Source of the DNA: Candidatus Fonsibacter lacus
GTDB taxonomy: Bacteria; Actinomycetota; Actinomycetes; Nanopelagicales; Nanopelagicaceae
Assembly (NCBI GenBank): GCA_009921625.1
Contig: RFXN01000001.1
Coordinates: 1-51,938 of the forward strand
Direction: 5' to 3'
DNA: 51,938 nt
Below, in pieces: positions 20,323 to 30,370 of this stretch. The notes beneath the pieces were generated by a model. It was not told where the DNA came from. It ran no database searches and saw only the letters and a list, made by a program, of their open reading frames with translations. The position numbers and the translations under genes were made by a program. Position 1 is the first letter of the stretch. Each line of letters starts with the position of its first letter.

Positions 20323-20961
20323 TTACTTGACCAGATAGATTGATGCAAAAAGTGCAATCCACACAACATCGACGAAGTGCCAGTAGTACGAGACCACAAT
20401 CGCAGTCGTTGCCTGCTTGTGGCCAAAATTTCGAGCGTAACTCGTGCGGATCAACACGATAAGAAATGCTAATAGTCCACCGGTGACGTGAAGGCCATGG
20501 AAGCCGGTGGTGATGTAAAAGACCGATCCATATGCATTGCTACTTAGCGAGATTCCCTCGGTTACCAAGTGCGCATATTCGTAAACCTGGCCGGCAATGA
20601 AGAATGCACCCATAAGAAAAGTCAGTGCAAACCACTCGCGCATTCCCCATGAGGAGATGTTGCGAAGTTTTCCGGTCCGTCGCGCCTGGAAACGCTCGGC
20701 AGCGAAGACTCCAAATTGGCAGGTCACTGAACTCAAAACAAGGACGGTGGTATTTAAAGAGGAGAACGGGATATTGAGGATGTCAGTATTTTCTTTCCAA
20801 AACTCCGGACCTTGCACAGATCGGGTAGTGAAATACATGGCAAAGAGCGCTGCGAAGAACATCAACTCACTAGAGAGCCAAACTATGGTCCCAACTGCTA
20901 CCAAATTGGGTCGGTTAGAGGTTGCGTGATACGAATCTTGATGTTGGGTCGTCGCGGACAT
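20323..20961 (-). CDS. ctaE: cytochrome c oxidase subunit III
   Basis: [32 protein letters not shown]. Start set at MSATTQH. Confidence 0.93.
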   Translation of the reverse strand: MSATTQHQDSYHATSNRPNLVAVGTIVWLSSELMFFAALFAMYFTTRSVQGPEFWKENTDILNIPFSSLNTTVLVLSSVTCQFGVFAAERFQARRTGKLRNISSWGMREWFALTFLMGAFFIAGQVYEYAHLVTEGISLSSNAYGSVFYITTGFHGLHVTGGLLAFLIVLIRTSYARNFGHKQATTAIVVSYYWHFVDVVWIALFASIYLVK

Positions 20962-21029
20962 GCCCTGATTATTCCTGATTTTTCGATAAGAAATGGAGTT
21001 TTTCGCCGACCAACGGGGGGTCAAATTGA

Positions 21030-21045
21030 GGTGAAACTCATCACG
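21030..21045. promoter_or_regulatory. possible Crp/GlxR-type site
   Basis: GTGA-AACTCA-TCAC between divergent ctaE and the receiver-like gene. Confidence 0.35.
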
Positions 21046-21107
21046 CGAGCTCGTTGTGAGGGCGGTCGTTGCGCCATAGAAGCCCATCGCTCCATTAGGC
21101 TGGGGCA

Positions 21108-21545
21108 ATGGCTCCCCACGTCGTGCTGGTCTATTCGGATAACTCCCAGGTTAGAGCTGCGATAAAGCGGGCGATTACTCCATCCCCCAGCGCGGATATC
21201 GCTCCAATTGTGATCAAAGAGTTCGCCACTGCAGATGCCCTAAGAGGGTACTTTGACGATAAGGGAGGGGCTGGGCTGCTCATCGTCGATGGAGAGGCGA
21301 CCCCTGAAGGTGGGCTCGGCCTCGCTCGCTCGTTGAAAGATGAGATTTATCAAGCCCCGCCGATGATTGGCATCATCGCCCGAGAGGCAGATCGCTGGTT
21401 AGCGACCTGGGCGCGAGTTGAAGGAATACTTTTTCATCCCATTGAGCCGCGAGCGCTAGCGAAAGAGGTTGCCGCGCTCCTTCGCAAGGATGGGATAGAG
21501 GTCGTGGCAACCTCGATAGGCATCCCACCGCGCGCCAATCACTAA
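21108..21545 (+). CDS. stand-alone atypical response-regulator receiver-like protein
   Basis: [28 protein letters not shown]; HP in place of KP. Confidence 0.7.
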   Translation: MAPHVVLVYSDNSQVRAAIKRAITPSPSADIAPIVIKEFATADALRGYFDDKGGAGLLIVDGEATPEGGLGLARSLKDEIYQAPPMIGIIAREADRWLATWARVEGILFHPIEPRALAKEVAALLRKDGIEVVATSIGIPPRANH

Positions 21546-21564
21546 CGCGGAGCACGGTGTAGCG

Positions 21565-22614
21565 ATGGTCAGCGAACTGTGGCGAGAAGCACTTGAGAAT
21601 CTCTCTGAGAAAAAAGATCTCACTAGTAGCGAGAGCGCTTCCGTTATGGAAGAAATTTTGGCTGGCGTGCGAAGTCAAGAGGAGATTGCAGAGTTTTTGG
21701 CGTTACACACCGCAAAGGGCGGAACGGCGAGTGAGGTATCAGGTTTTATAGAGGCGATGTATGCCCACTCTGCGCCGATTTCAATCACCGAGCGAGCGGT
21801 AGACACAGTCGGTACTGGTGGCGACGGTTTTCACACAATCAATATCTCAACAACTTCCGCGATTGTTGCGGCCAGCGCTGGCGCGCGAGTTGTAAAACAT
21901 GGAAATCGTGCGGCAACATCTAAATCGGGCGCTGCCGATGTTCTCGAAGCGCTCGGAGTAAAAATAGATCTCAATGGTTTACAAGTAGCCACTTTGGTAA
22001 GTGAGCTTGGTTTAGGTTTTTGTTTTGCACCAATCTTTCATGCGGCCATGCGCCATGCCGGAGCGGCACGTAAATCACTCAATTACCCGACGATTTTCAA
22101 TATTTTGGGGCCACTATCCAATCCAGCGAAGCCAGCTGCCTATTCCATTGGTGTTGCAAAGGAAGAGATGTTTCCTATCGTTGCCGAGGTACTTCGCGCA
22201 CGTGGTGTCGACGCTTTGGTTTTTCGTGGGCAGGATGGTCTTGATGAAATTACTCTTGCAACAAAGACGGATGTTTATGTCATTAGCGAAAAGAATATTT
22301 TCTTGACCTCAATAGATCCGAGTAAATGGGGGATAGCTCCAAGCGGAATCGAGGCCCTTAAAGGTGGCAGTGCGATCGAAAATGCAGAGCACCTTCGAGA
22401 GATATTGCGGGGAAAGAATGGTCCGATGCGAGATGTTGTTCTATTAAATGCTGCAGCAACTATTATCGCCTTCGATGGGATCGCAGATATTGTTCAGAGT
22501 GAAGAATTGGATAATCGTTTCGTCACAGCGCTTGAACGAATTGCTAAGGCAATAGATACGGGCGCGGCTACCGATCTTTTAGAAAAGTGGATTGAGCGTT
22601 CTCATCAGGTTTAG
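21565..22614 (+). CDS. trpD: anthranilate phosphoribosyltransferase
   Basis: DTVGTGGD, NIST, KHGNRA, GLDE. Confidence 0.96.
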   Translation: MVSELWREALENLSEKKDLTSSESASVMEEILAGVRSQEEIAEFLALHTAKGGTASEVSGFIEAMYAHSAPISITERAVDTVGTGGDGFHTINISTTSAIVAASAGARVVKHGNRAATSKSGAADVLEALGVKIDLNGLQVATLVSELGLGFCFAPIFHAAMRHAGAARKSLNYPTIFNILGPLSNPAKPAAYSIGVAKEEMFPIVAEVLRARGVDALVFRGQDGLDEITLATKTDVYVISEKNIFLTSIDPSKWGIAPSGIEALKGGSAIENAEHLREILRGKNGPMRDVVLLNAAATIIAFDGIADIVQSEELDNRFVTALERIAKAIDTGAATDLLEKWIERSHQV

Positions 22615-24367
22615 CAAGATTAGCGACGCTGTTTTGGTGAAAATTTGCCCCAAAAGTTGGTAGTTGCCACTCGCCTTTGATGTGAAGTGGTCTTGCTTTT
22701 TCGTCAGATACCCATCGTAGTAAAAGCTCCAACTCTTCGGGAGTTGAGTTAGGGAAGAGAAGCTCGCTATCAATTGAAAGTAGCTCCTTCGATTGATAGA
22801 GACTGATTACGCTTTCGATTCCCGTTTCATCCTTGACGGTAGTGGAGCGATGGAGTTTTCCACGTCTGATCTCTGCGATTTCAATATGCTCGCCATCGGA
22901 GAATTTTGCAACTATTAGCTCTTCAAGCGCGGAAAATGCTTTGAGGTTCTCGCTCCGTGCAAAACCACGTAAATATGAAGTTACCTGATTGCGAAGTTGG
23001 GCTGCCTCCTCAAATCGTTCCTCCTTCGCTAGTTGGGAGATCTTTTCAAAGTGTTGGGCGACCACATCTCCAGCTTGATAAGTGAGATGAGCACTTACTT
23101 TATTTACGACATCGCCATAGTGAATCTCTGAAATTGCACCAATACAGGGTGCTCCACACTTTTTTAAATCATAGAGAATACACGCACTTGCTTTCTTCAT
23201 CGAAGAAGGAGTGATTCGAGGAGTACATTGGCGGATAGTTGTTGTCTGATGGAGCGCTTCACGGGCCAGTTCGGCATCAACTCGACCGCCGAAAGGTCCG
23301 ATAACTTCGCTCCTTAAATTAAGCTCTGCATGTCCTTTCACAATCGTAAGTCGTGGAAAACGCTCTTGGGTAAGCGATAACCAGAGCGTTCGTTCTTGAA
23401 ACTTAGAACGTCGGTTGTAACGAGGTGCATGAGCTTGAATCAATCGTAACTCTCGGATTTGTGCATCAATGAGAGTTGGTGTGGGTAGCGCTTCAATTCG
23501 AGCGGTGAGAGATATCATCTCCCGCATCCGAGTTCGAGTTTCTGATGCAGAAAAATAAGTTAAGACTCTTTTTCTTATATTCTTTGAGATTCCAATGTAA
23601 AGAGGTTTATCCTCGTTATCCCGAAATATGTAGAGCCCACAGTTGTTCGGCAAGCCATCCGCGAGATTCCGTTTGTTACGTTCCCGCGGAGTTAATGGGT
23701 GGGAGAGCTCTTGCAGAGCCTCCAATGTATGAACACCTAAATTACCTAATCGCTCTAGCAAGTGATGGAAGATGTGAACCGTTGCGCGCGCATCATCTAG
23801 CGCTCGGTGAGTTGGGGGCTCTTCAACACCAAAATATTGAGCAAGCGTCCCCAATTTCACATTGGGGGTTTCATCTTTACTAAGAGTTCTCCTGGCAATT
23901 TTTACCGTATCTAACACGCGGAAATTTGGCCACGAGTAGGAGTTGCTATCTGCTGCAGCTTTAAGGAAGCCAATATCAAAAGGTGCATTGTGGGCAATGA
24001 GAATTGTCTCTTGCGCTGAGCCACAAAATTCAAGAAAGGCGGGGAGCACTTCATCAAATAGGGGCGCCGGTGCAACCATCGCATCAGTAATTCCCGTCAG
24101 TACCGTGATGAATGGGGGAATGGGGGAACCAGGATTGACCAGGGTATGAAATTCACCGAGAACTTCACCGCCACGAATTTTCACTGCGCCAATCTCGGTA
24201 ATCATCGCTCCAGCGCTCGGTGAGGTTCCCGTTGTTTCGAGGTCAACCACGACAAAGGTGCCCTGGCGCAGCGGCAAGGGAAGGTCATCAAAGGTTGGTT
24301 CAGTGAGCGCAGGCAAAATAGGGGATGCGCTCGATGAGCGTGAAGATGGTGAACTGCTTGCCCTCAT
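22568..24367 (-). CDS. DEDDh exonuclease-GIY-YIG/UvrC-like fusion (Rv2191-like)
   Basis: VVDLETTG, AHNAPFD, HRALDDA; GLY...YIG; EERFEEAAQLRN UVR motif. Confidence 0.9.
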   Translation of the reverse strand: MRASSSPSSRSSSASPILPALTEPTFDDLPLPLRQGTFVVVDLETTGTSPSAGAMITEIGAVKIRGGEVLGEFHTLVNPGSPIPPFITVLTGITDAMVAPAPLFDEVLPAFLEFCGSAQETILIAHNAPFDIGFLKAAADSNSYSWPNFRVLDTVKIARRTLSKDETPNVKLGTLAQYFGVEEPPTHRALDDARATVHIFHHLLERLGNLGVHTLEALQELSHPLTPRERNKRNLADGLPNNCGLYIFRDNEDKPLYIGISKNIRKRVLTYFSASETRTRMREMISLTARIEALPTPTLIDAQIRELRLIQAHAPRYNRRSKFQERTLWLSLTQERFPRLTIVKGHAELNLRSEVIGPFGGRVDAELAREALHQTTTIRQCTPRITPSSMKKASACILYDLKKCGAPCIGAISEIHYGDVVNKVSAHLTYQAGDVVAQHFEKISQLAKEERFEEAAQLRNQVTSYLRGFARSENLKAFSALEELIVAKFSDGEHIEIAEIRRGKLHRSTTVKDETGIESVISLYQSKELLSIDSELLFPNSTPEELELLLRWVSDEKARPLHIKGEWQLPTFGANFHQNSVANLAKPDENAQSTFLKDR

Positions 24368-24376
24368 GATGGGGTA

Positions 24377-24398
24377 AGCCTATGTTCTAACCCTGACA
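24377..24398 (-). promoter_or_regulatory. PafBC-type (RecA-independent) DNA-damage promoter
   Basis: Minus strand TGTCAG-N10-TAGGCT versus consensus TGTCGG-N10-TANNNT. Confidence 0.75.
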
Positions 24399-24426
24399 AC
24401 TGTTGGTTAGGCAGAGGGGAAGAGTT

Positions 24427-25404
24427 ATGGCTGAGGGAATAGAGCCGGTACGTTGGGGATTTATTGGCGCCGGCATGATTGCTAAAAAAGCGCTCTATCC
24501 CGCTCTTAAAAATTCGAAGTGGGGCGAAATTTACGCAGTTGCCGGGACTGATAGCGCTCGCGCGAAAGCGCTCTCTCCATCAGGACGTTTTTATACTGAC
24601 TATCAAGAATTAATTGATGATCCAAAGATTGAAGCGATTTACATCTCCCTGCCCAACTCACTTCACATTCCTTGGACTATCAAGGCGCTTCGGGCGGGTA
24701 AAGATGTGCTCTGTGAAAAACCGCTTGCGATGAATGCGGCCGAAGTGAGAGAAGCAATCGCTGTTTCCAAGGAGACAGGGCGACTTCTCATGGAAGCTTC
24801 GTGGAATAGGTGGCATCCGCGGACGAAGCGATTAACGCAGATCGTCTCTTCAGGAGAAATCGGGAAAGTTGAGCGAATAAAAACGTGTTTTACCTACGAT
24901 GGGCTACCCGATGAAAACATTCGGGCATTCCCTGAATTAGGTGGTGGTGGTCTTTATGACCTCGGTCCCTATTCCGTTGCGGCCCCTATTTGGTTGATGA
25001 ACTTTGCTCCCACCGAGATTACAAAGGCTGAAGTTGCGTGGCATCATATGGGTAGCGATGAGACTGTTCGCGTTGAATTTTCTATAGGAGGAGCCAAAGC
25101 AGAGGCCATTACTTCGATGAACGTTCCTTCAACTCTGTATTTTGAAGTTTTCGGTAGCGATGGCGCGGTGATTATGGGTGGCAATGATGCATTTAATTCC
25201 CATAATTCGGCTAGCTCGCTCGAAATATATGGAAAACATGGCAAGCGAGTGGAAAAGTTTGACGCTTGCGATCCTTATCAACTTATGGCGGATGATTTTT
25301 CAAAGAGAGTTCGCGGTCAAAGTGATTGCTGGATCATGTCACTTGAAGAGTCATTGGTATTTGCGAAATTTTTTGATGAAGTCTTTGAAAAGATCGCCAA
25401 ATGA
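24427..25404 (+). CDS. Gfo/Idh/MocA oxidoreductase
   Basis: WGFIGAGMIA, LPNSLH, CEKP, GGGGLYDLGPY. Confidence 0.9.
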   Translation: MAEGIEPVRWGFIGAGMIAKKALYPALKNSKWGEIYAVAGTDSARAKALSPSGRFYTDYQELIDDPKIEAIYISLPNSLHIPWTIKALRAGKDVLCEKPLAMNAAEVREAIAVSKETGRLLMEASWNRWHPRTKRLTQIVSSGEIGKVERIKTCFTYDGLPDENIRAFPELGGGGLYDLGPYSVAAPIWLMNFAPTEITKAEVAWHHMGSDETVRVEFSIGGAKAEAITSMNVPSTLYFEVFGSDGAVIMGGNDAFNSHNSASSLEIYGKHGKRVEKFDACDPYQLMADDFSKRVRGQSDCWIMSLEESLVFAKFFDEVFEKIAK

Positions 25405-26258
25405 TATACAAACTAAGCGATAGCCGAAAACTTGATTTCGTCACAAATGAGGTTGAAAGTTCTATCGCAATCCTTTTTCACCACGGCACGCCTGGAGAGT
25501 GCACCGTTTGGTCAAACTGGCTCACTGAAATCACAGATGTGCAGGCGATTGCGGCGAGTAGGCCAGGGTATGCCTTAAGTGATCGACGACCTGGTCGAAC
25601 CGTTGCCTCTGATCTTGCTGATCAATCAGAGCTACTCAAACATCTAGGTATAAAAAAATTTGTTTCCATCGGTTGGTCCGGCGGTGGTCCACATGCAATT
25701 AATATGACTCGTCATCCGCTATGTGTAGGAGCCATCACGCTTGCCGGCGTTGGGGAGTGGGGTAATTCAGATTTAGATTTCTTGGCCGGCATGGGGCCAG
25801 AGAATCATGAAGAATTCGGCGCTGCGTTAGAAGGTGAGTCGGCAATCGAAGAATGGATGGCTATCAATGCACCGGGATTTGCCTCAGTTTCAGGTGCAGA
25901 TCTTATTGCCGCTTTCGGTGGGCTCATCGGGGATGCTGATAAGCGAGCGCTAACGGCAGAGGTGGCTGAACACGATGCACAGTCCTATCGTCGCGCCTTA
26001 TCTCAAGGTTTCTTTGGATGGCTCGATGATGATTTAGCTTTTGTGCAGAAATTTGGTTTCTCTCTCAGCGAGATCACTAAACCAGTACTTGTCTGGCAAG
26101 GCGATGACGATTTCATGGTGCCAAGGGCGCATAGCGAGTGGCTAGCAAAACATATCCCCTCAGCGCAGTTAAATTTTGTCCCCGGCCATGGCCATATCTC
26201 TTTGGTCGAGCAATATCGAGGCGAAATAATCAATCAGGCGCTAAAGATGCTTGCCTAA
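25401..26258 (+). CDS. alpha/beta hydrolase
   Basis: HHGTPG, GWSGG nucleophile elbow, QGDDDFMVP, GHGH. Confidence 0.88.
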   Translation: MIYKLSDSRKLDFVTNEVESSIAILFHHGTPGECTVWSNWLTEITDVQAIAASRPGYALSDRRPGRTVASDLADQSELLKHLGIKKFVSIGWSGGGPHAINMTRHPLCVGAITLAGVGEWGNSDLDFLAGMGPENHEEFGAALEGESAIEEWMAINAPGFASVSGADLIAAFGGLIGDADKRALTAEVAEHDAQSYRRALSQGFFGWLDDDLAFVQKFGFSLSEITKPVLVWQGDDDFMVPRAHSEWLAKHIPSAQLNFVPGHGHISLVEQYRGEIINQALKMLA

Positions 26259-26260
26259 AT

Positions 26261-26957
26261 TTACTCAGTTCGTTTGGGTGGGATGACAATCTCGCTCGGT
26301 GCGAGCCGGTGCGCGCCAAAATTATTCGCATGTGAATCTTTTGGATAACCAATTGCTAATCCCGTAAGAATTTTATAATCGCTGGGCACATCAAATTCAT
26401 CACGAATAATGTCATCCCAAATAACTACAGCTCCTTGAAGGCAGGTTCCTAAACCGCGCGCATGTGCTGAGAGAATTAAATTCTCTAACATCAAGCCAGC
26501 ATCATTCGCGGCAAAGATGTGCAAGCTTTTATGAATATAAATAAATAGCTCTACCGGAGCATCAAAGAATTGATAATTTTTCGCCCATTGCTCATCGCGC
26601 GCTTTTCGATCACCGCGTTTGACGCCCAACCACTCATACAACTCTTTGCCTACCCGCTCAGCACGTGGTTTCAATTCCGGCACGTAGCCCCGGGCAAGAA
26701 GTCGGTTACTTGTTGGCAAACCTGCTCCTTTGAGGAGCATCGCTATTTTTGTAAGAAGGTTGCCGTTACGAAATTTCGAGAGTCGTTCCCATCGCGAGAG
26801 AAATTCAGTACTTATCCGTTCGCGTACCTGACCAGTAGCAACACAAACTTTAAATGGGCGTGTGTTTGACCAACTTGGGGCAGTCAGAGCATCATTAATT
26901 AATTGTTGTGGCGAAGATTTGAGCATTGTCGTTGCTCTGCCATTTACTTACCGACAT
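26261..26957 (-). pseudogene. nitroreductase, apparently N-terminally deleted and frameshifted
   Basis: Body 26261-26926 has APSWSNTRPF and LSAHARGLGTC but no N-terminal RRxxR motif. An out-of-frame ATG at 26957 gives a 20-aa peptide. Confidence 0.55.
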
Positions 26958-26963
26958 CAATTA

Positions 26964-27881
26964 TCACTCACTCGTCACTGCTTCTAGCGCTCTTGAAAAT
27001 TCAGAGCTAGAGAAATCCCTCTTAGCATCTTCAAATTTCTCTAAGCCCCAATCCCAAAAATTAAAATCAATCGTCGAAATCGCGCTCTGAATGGAGGCCC
27101 ATAGAGTCCAACCGTATCTGGCGACGAGCGCAAAGAGCCACGCTCGAGCAATTTTTTCAGGTCGATCCCCGAGGTAGTAATGGGTAACAAGTTCTGATAA
27201 TTTGTCGTAATCTAATTTTGCTTCGGACCAAATATTTCCCAATTCGAAACAAGGATCGTTATTCCCGGAATATTCATAATCGATTATCCATATTTTCTGA
27301 CCATCGTCGATAAAATTCGCTGGGAGTAAGTCGTTGTTGCATGATACTTTTTTGTCATCCAGCACTTGCATCGCCTCTCTAATTTTTTGAAATTTTTCCT
27401 CAAATTGGAGATAACCCAGCGGAAGCTTGAAACCTTTCTCTTGAACAATCCTTAAGTACGATTTTTGGATTGAAAACATATCAAAATCTCGAGCAAAAGG
27501 TGGTGCAGAATGAAGTTGACGACAACTTTTAGCAATTCTTTCGAGATTGTAAGAGACATCCATAGCTGAGAATGTTTTTCCCTCAATAAAGCTGATGACA
27601 AGCAAACCATCCTCAGGCAAATATTCGTACACTTTCGCACCAATGCCGATATCCGCGGCAATTTTAGAGTTCTCAAATTCAGAATTTCTATCGATAGAAA
27701 GAAGTTCAGAACCATTGCTTGAAATTCGAACGACGTACTTTCCTTGTGGGGTACTTACTTTTACATTTCTATTTGTGATGCCACCAGAAAGTTCTTCTAC
27801 GTTTGTCCGGGTTGAGAGAAGTGGGACTTTATCAAGAAGATGGCCGAAAGTTTCTTCAAGCTCGGTTCTGGCTCCAGACAC
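26964..27881 (-). CDS. choline/ethanolamine kinase-like phosphotransferase
   Basis: LSGGITNRN, CNNDLLPANF (Brenner-like), IIDYEYSGNND. Start GTG 27881 placed after -10 TATCCT. Confidence 0.85.
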   Translation of the reverse strand: MSGARTELEETFGHLLDKVPLLSTRTNVEELSGGITNRNVKVSTPQGKYVVRISSNGSELLSIDRNSEFENSKIAADIGIGAKVYEYLPEDGLLVISFIEGKTFSAMDVSYNLERIAKSCRQLHSAPPFARDFDMFSIQKSYLRIVQEKGFKLPLGYLQFEEKFQKIREAMQVLDDKKVSCNNDLLPANFIDDGQKIWIIDYEYSGNNDPCFELGNIWSEAKLDYDKLSELVTHYYLGDRPEKIARAWLFALVARYGWTLWASIQSAISTIDFNFWDWGLEKFEDAKRDFSSSEFSRALEAVTSE

Positions 27882-27904
27882 CAGTTCAGGATACATTTGT
27901 GGGC

Positions 27905-30370
27905 ATGAGCATTTCTTCGAATGTGAAGGATTCATTGCCGAGTCGAGCTCGAATTGTTGTGATAGGTGGAGGCGTTGGCGGTACCTCGGTCGCCTACCAT
28001 CTGGCTCTTTATGGTGAATCTGATGTGATTCTTCTCGATCGAGCCGATTTAACAAGTGGCTCGACCTTTCACTCGGCCGGTTTGGTCGGACAACTTCGCG
28101 CTGATCCAACGTTGACAAAAATGAATATGCACTCGGTGGCTCTCTATCGTGATTTGGAGAGAAGTGATACTCCACCAGGATGGCGGGAATGCGGCAGCAT
28201 CAAACTTGCCTCCTCACCAGAGCGGATGGAAGAGATTCGTCGTCAAATTGGTTGGGCGCGCACCTTTGGCCTAGATCTCCATGAAATTTCTCCTAAAGAA
28301 GCACAAGAGAGATTCCCACTCATCGCTTTAGATGGCGTGGTTGGTGCATGCATCATGGAAAGCGATGGACAAGTTGATCCCTCTCAATTGTCATATGCAC
28401 TAGCAAGTGGTGCGCGAAAAAAAGGCGTCAAAACTTATACCCACACTCGAGTTCTTTCGATTAAAACTGAAAAAGGACGAGTTGTGGGAGTGGAAACTAA
28501 CAAGGGCTTTATTGATTGTGAAGTTATCGTTAATTGCGGGGGAATGTTCGCACCTGAAATTGGCCGGATGGTTGAAGTGCGAATTCCAATCGTCCCCATG
28601 TCACATCAATATTTGATCACCGAGAATTTCTTGCCGGACGACGCTCCATTCCTGCCTTCTTTGCGAGATCCTGACAACTTAATTTATTTTCGCCAAGAAG
28701 TTCGTGGACTGCTTATGGGGGGTTACGAGCGAAATTCAAAAGCTTGGAGTGCAAGTTACGACCAAATTGATCATATTCCCAGCGACTTCAATGGAAAACT
28801 ACTCCCTGAAGAATGGGAACGCTTTGAAGAGATTGCCATCAACTCGCAAAAGCGTGTACCGAAGATGGCAGAAGTCGGAGTAAAGAATTTCATTAATGGA
28901 CCAGAAGGGTTTACTCCCGACAACGAATTCTGCTTAGGAGAAAGTTCGGTTGGTGGTTTCTTTGTCGCTGCCGGATTCTGCGCCCATGGAATCGCTGGTG
29001 CTGGAGGAATTGGAAAAGTAGTTGCCGAATGGGTGCTCGCAGGAGAGCCCACGATGGATCTATGGCATATGGATATTAAAAGGTTTGGCGCAAATTACCA
29101 TTCACCTGATTTCACATTGAAGCGAATTACCGAAAACTACGAAGCGTATTACGACATTCATTACCCTGGCGAAGAGCGACAGAGCGCCAGGCCGAAAAAA
29201 ATCTCTCCGGTTTATGAATGGCATAAGAAACATGGGGCAATATTCGGTGAGAAATCGGGCTGGGAGCGGGTCAATTACTATGCGAGAACTGGAGGCGATG
29301 AAAACCTCCGACCGAAAGGATGGGCGGGTAAGAATTGGAATAGCTCAGTTCAAATCGAACATCATGGAACTCGAAATGGCGCCGGATTATTTGATGAATC
29401 GAGCTTTGCAAAATTTACTGTTACCGGAGAAAAAGCCGGGGATTTTCTCAACTATCTGTGTTCAAACAATGTCGTTAGAGGCATAGGGCGAACAATTTAC
29501 ACCCAAGCGCTTAACAATAAGGGTGGCATCGAATCTGACTACACGGTGACTCAAATTGCCGAAGACTCCTTTTTCATTGTAACTGGTACGGCATTTGGCA
29601 CTCATGATCGTGGTTGGATCGAAAAGATTGCTCGCGAGGAGAAGTTCGACGATATTGTGATTACAGATGTGACAGATGCACTTGCATGTTTTGGGCTATG
29701 GGGACCAAATGCGCGAAAAATTCTGCAATCTCTCACCAACGAAGATTTGAGCAATGAGGCATTTAGTTTTATGACCTCGCGAGAGATTGAGATTGCCGGT
29801 ATCAAGGTGCGAGCAACTCGAATCACCTATGTAGGGGAACTTGGTTGGGAGATGTATCTTCCTGTTTCACAGGGCCTTGAGCTCTGGGAGGCGCTATACG
29901 AAGCAGGGCAAAAACATGGACTCATTGTTGCTGGTTATAAAGCAATCGAATCACTTCGGCTAGAGAAAGGGTACCGAGCCTGGGCTGGAGAAATTAATAG
30001 TGAGACCAACCCATTTGAAGCTGGCCTGGGGTTTGCAGTTTCGACGAGAAAAGAATTTTTTAAAGGTCGAGATGAAGTACTACGACGAAAAGATAGCGTC
30101 ACGAAAAAGTTAGTAGCAATAGTTTTCGATGACATAACTGAAGTCCCATTAGGGAACGAACCAATACGAGTTGAAGGAACGGTTATTGCTCGAATGAAAA
30201 GCGGCGGACAGGGATATACACTCGGGAAAGCGATTGGATATTCATATTTACCTCTTGAATACTCGAAACCTGGAACAGAGATTGACGTTGAATTCTTTGG
30301 GCGCTGGCAAAAAGGAATGATTATGGAAGAACCACTTTTTGATCCAGATGGTTCTCGAATAAAGTCATAG
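27905..30370 (+). CDS. FAD/THF-dependent N-methylamine dehydrogenase (dimethylglycine/sarcosine dehydrogenase-like, GcvT fusion)
   Basis: VVIGGGVGG, SGSTFHSAG, NGPEGFTPD, GWER, TYVGELGWE, SLRLEKGYR. Confidence 0.9.
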   Translation: MSISSNVKDSLPSRARIVVIGGGVGGTSVAYHLALYGESDVILLDRADLTSGSTFHSAGLVGQLRADPTLTKMNMHSVALYRDLERSDTPPGWRECGSIKLASSPERMEEIRRQIGWARTFGLDLHEISPKEAQERFPLIALDGVVGACIMESDGQVDPSQLSYALASGARKKGVKTYTHTRVLSIKTEKGRVVGVETNKGFIDCEVIVNCGGMFAPEIGRMVEVRIPIVPMSHQYLITENFLPDDAPFLPSLRDPDNLIYFRQEVRGLLMGGYERNSKAWSASYDQIDHIPSDFNGKLLPEEWERFEEIAINSQKRVPKMAEVGVKNFINGPEGFTPDNEFCLGESSVGGFFVAAGFCAHGIAGAGGIGKVVAEWVLAGEPTMDLWHMDIKRFGANYHSPDFTLKRITENYEAYYDIHYPGEERQSARPKKISPVYEWHKKHGAIFGEKSGWERVNYYARTGGDENLRPKGWAGKNWNSSVQIEHHGTRNGAGLFDESSFAKFTVTGEKAGDFLNYLCSNNVVRGIGRTIYTQALNNKGGIESDYTVTQIAEDSFFIVTGTAFGTHDRGWIEKIAREEKFDDIVITDVTDALACFGLWGPNARKILQSLTNEDLSNEAFSFMTSREIEIAGIKVRATRITYVGELGWEMYLPVSQGLELWEALYEAGQKHGLIVAGYKAIESLRLEKGYRAWAGEINSETNPFEAGLGFAVSTRKEFFKGRDEVLRRKDSVTKKLVAIVFDDITEVPLGNEPIRVEGTVIARMKSGGQGYTLGKAIGYSYLPLEYSKPGTEIDVEFFGRWQKGMIMEEPLFDPDGSRIKS

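Noticed and set aside
20962-21108. Longer ctaE start
   Set aside because: Would collide with the divergent gene's start and promoter; no homology-like sequence.
24375-24390. LexA SOS box
   Set aside because: Only one half-site (TAGAAC); the other half does not match.
27803-28175. Large antisense coding overlap of kinase and dehydrogenase
   Set aside because: The extensions have no family motifs; the starts at 27881 and 27905 fit -10 elements.
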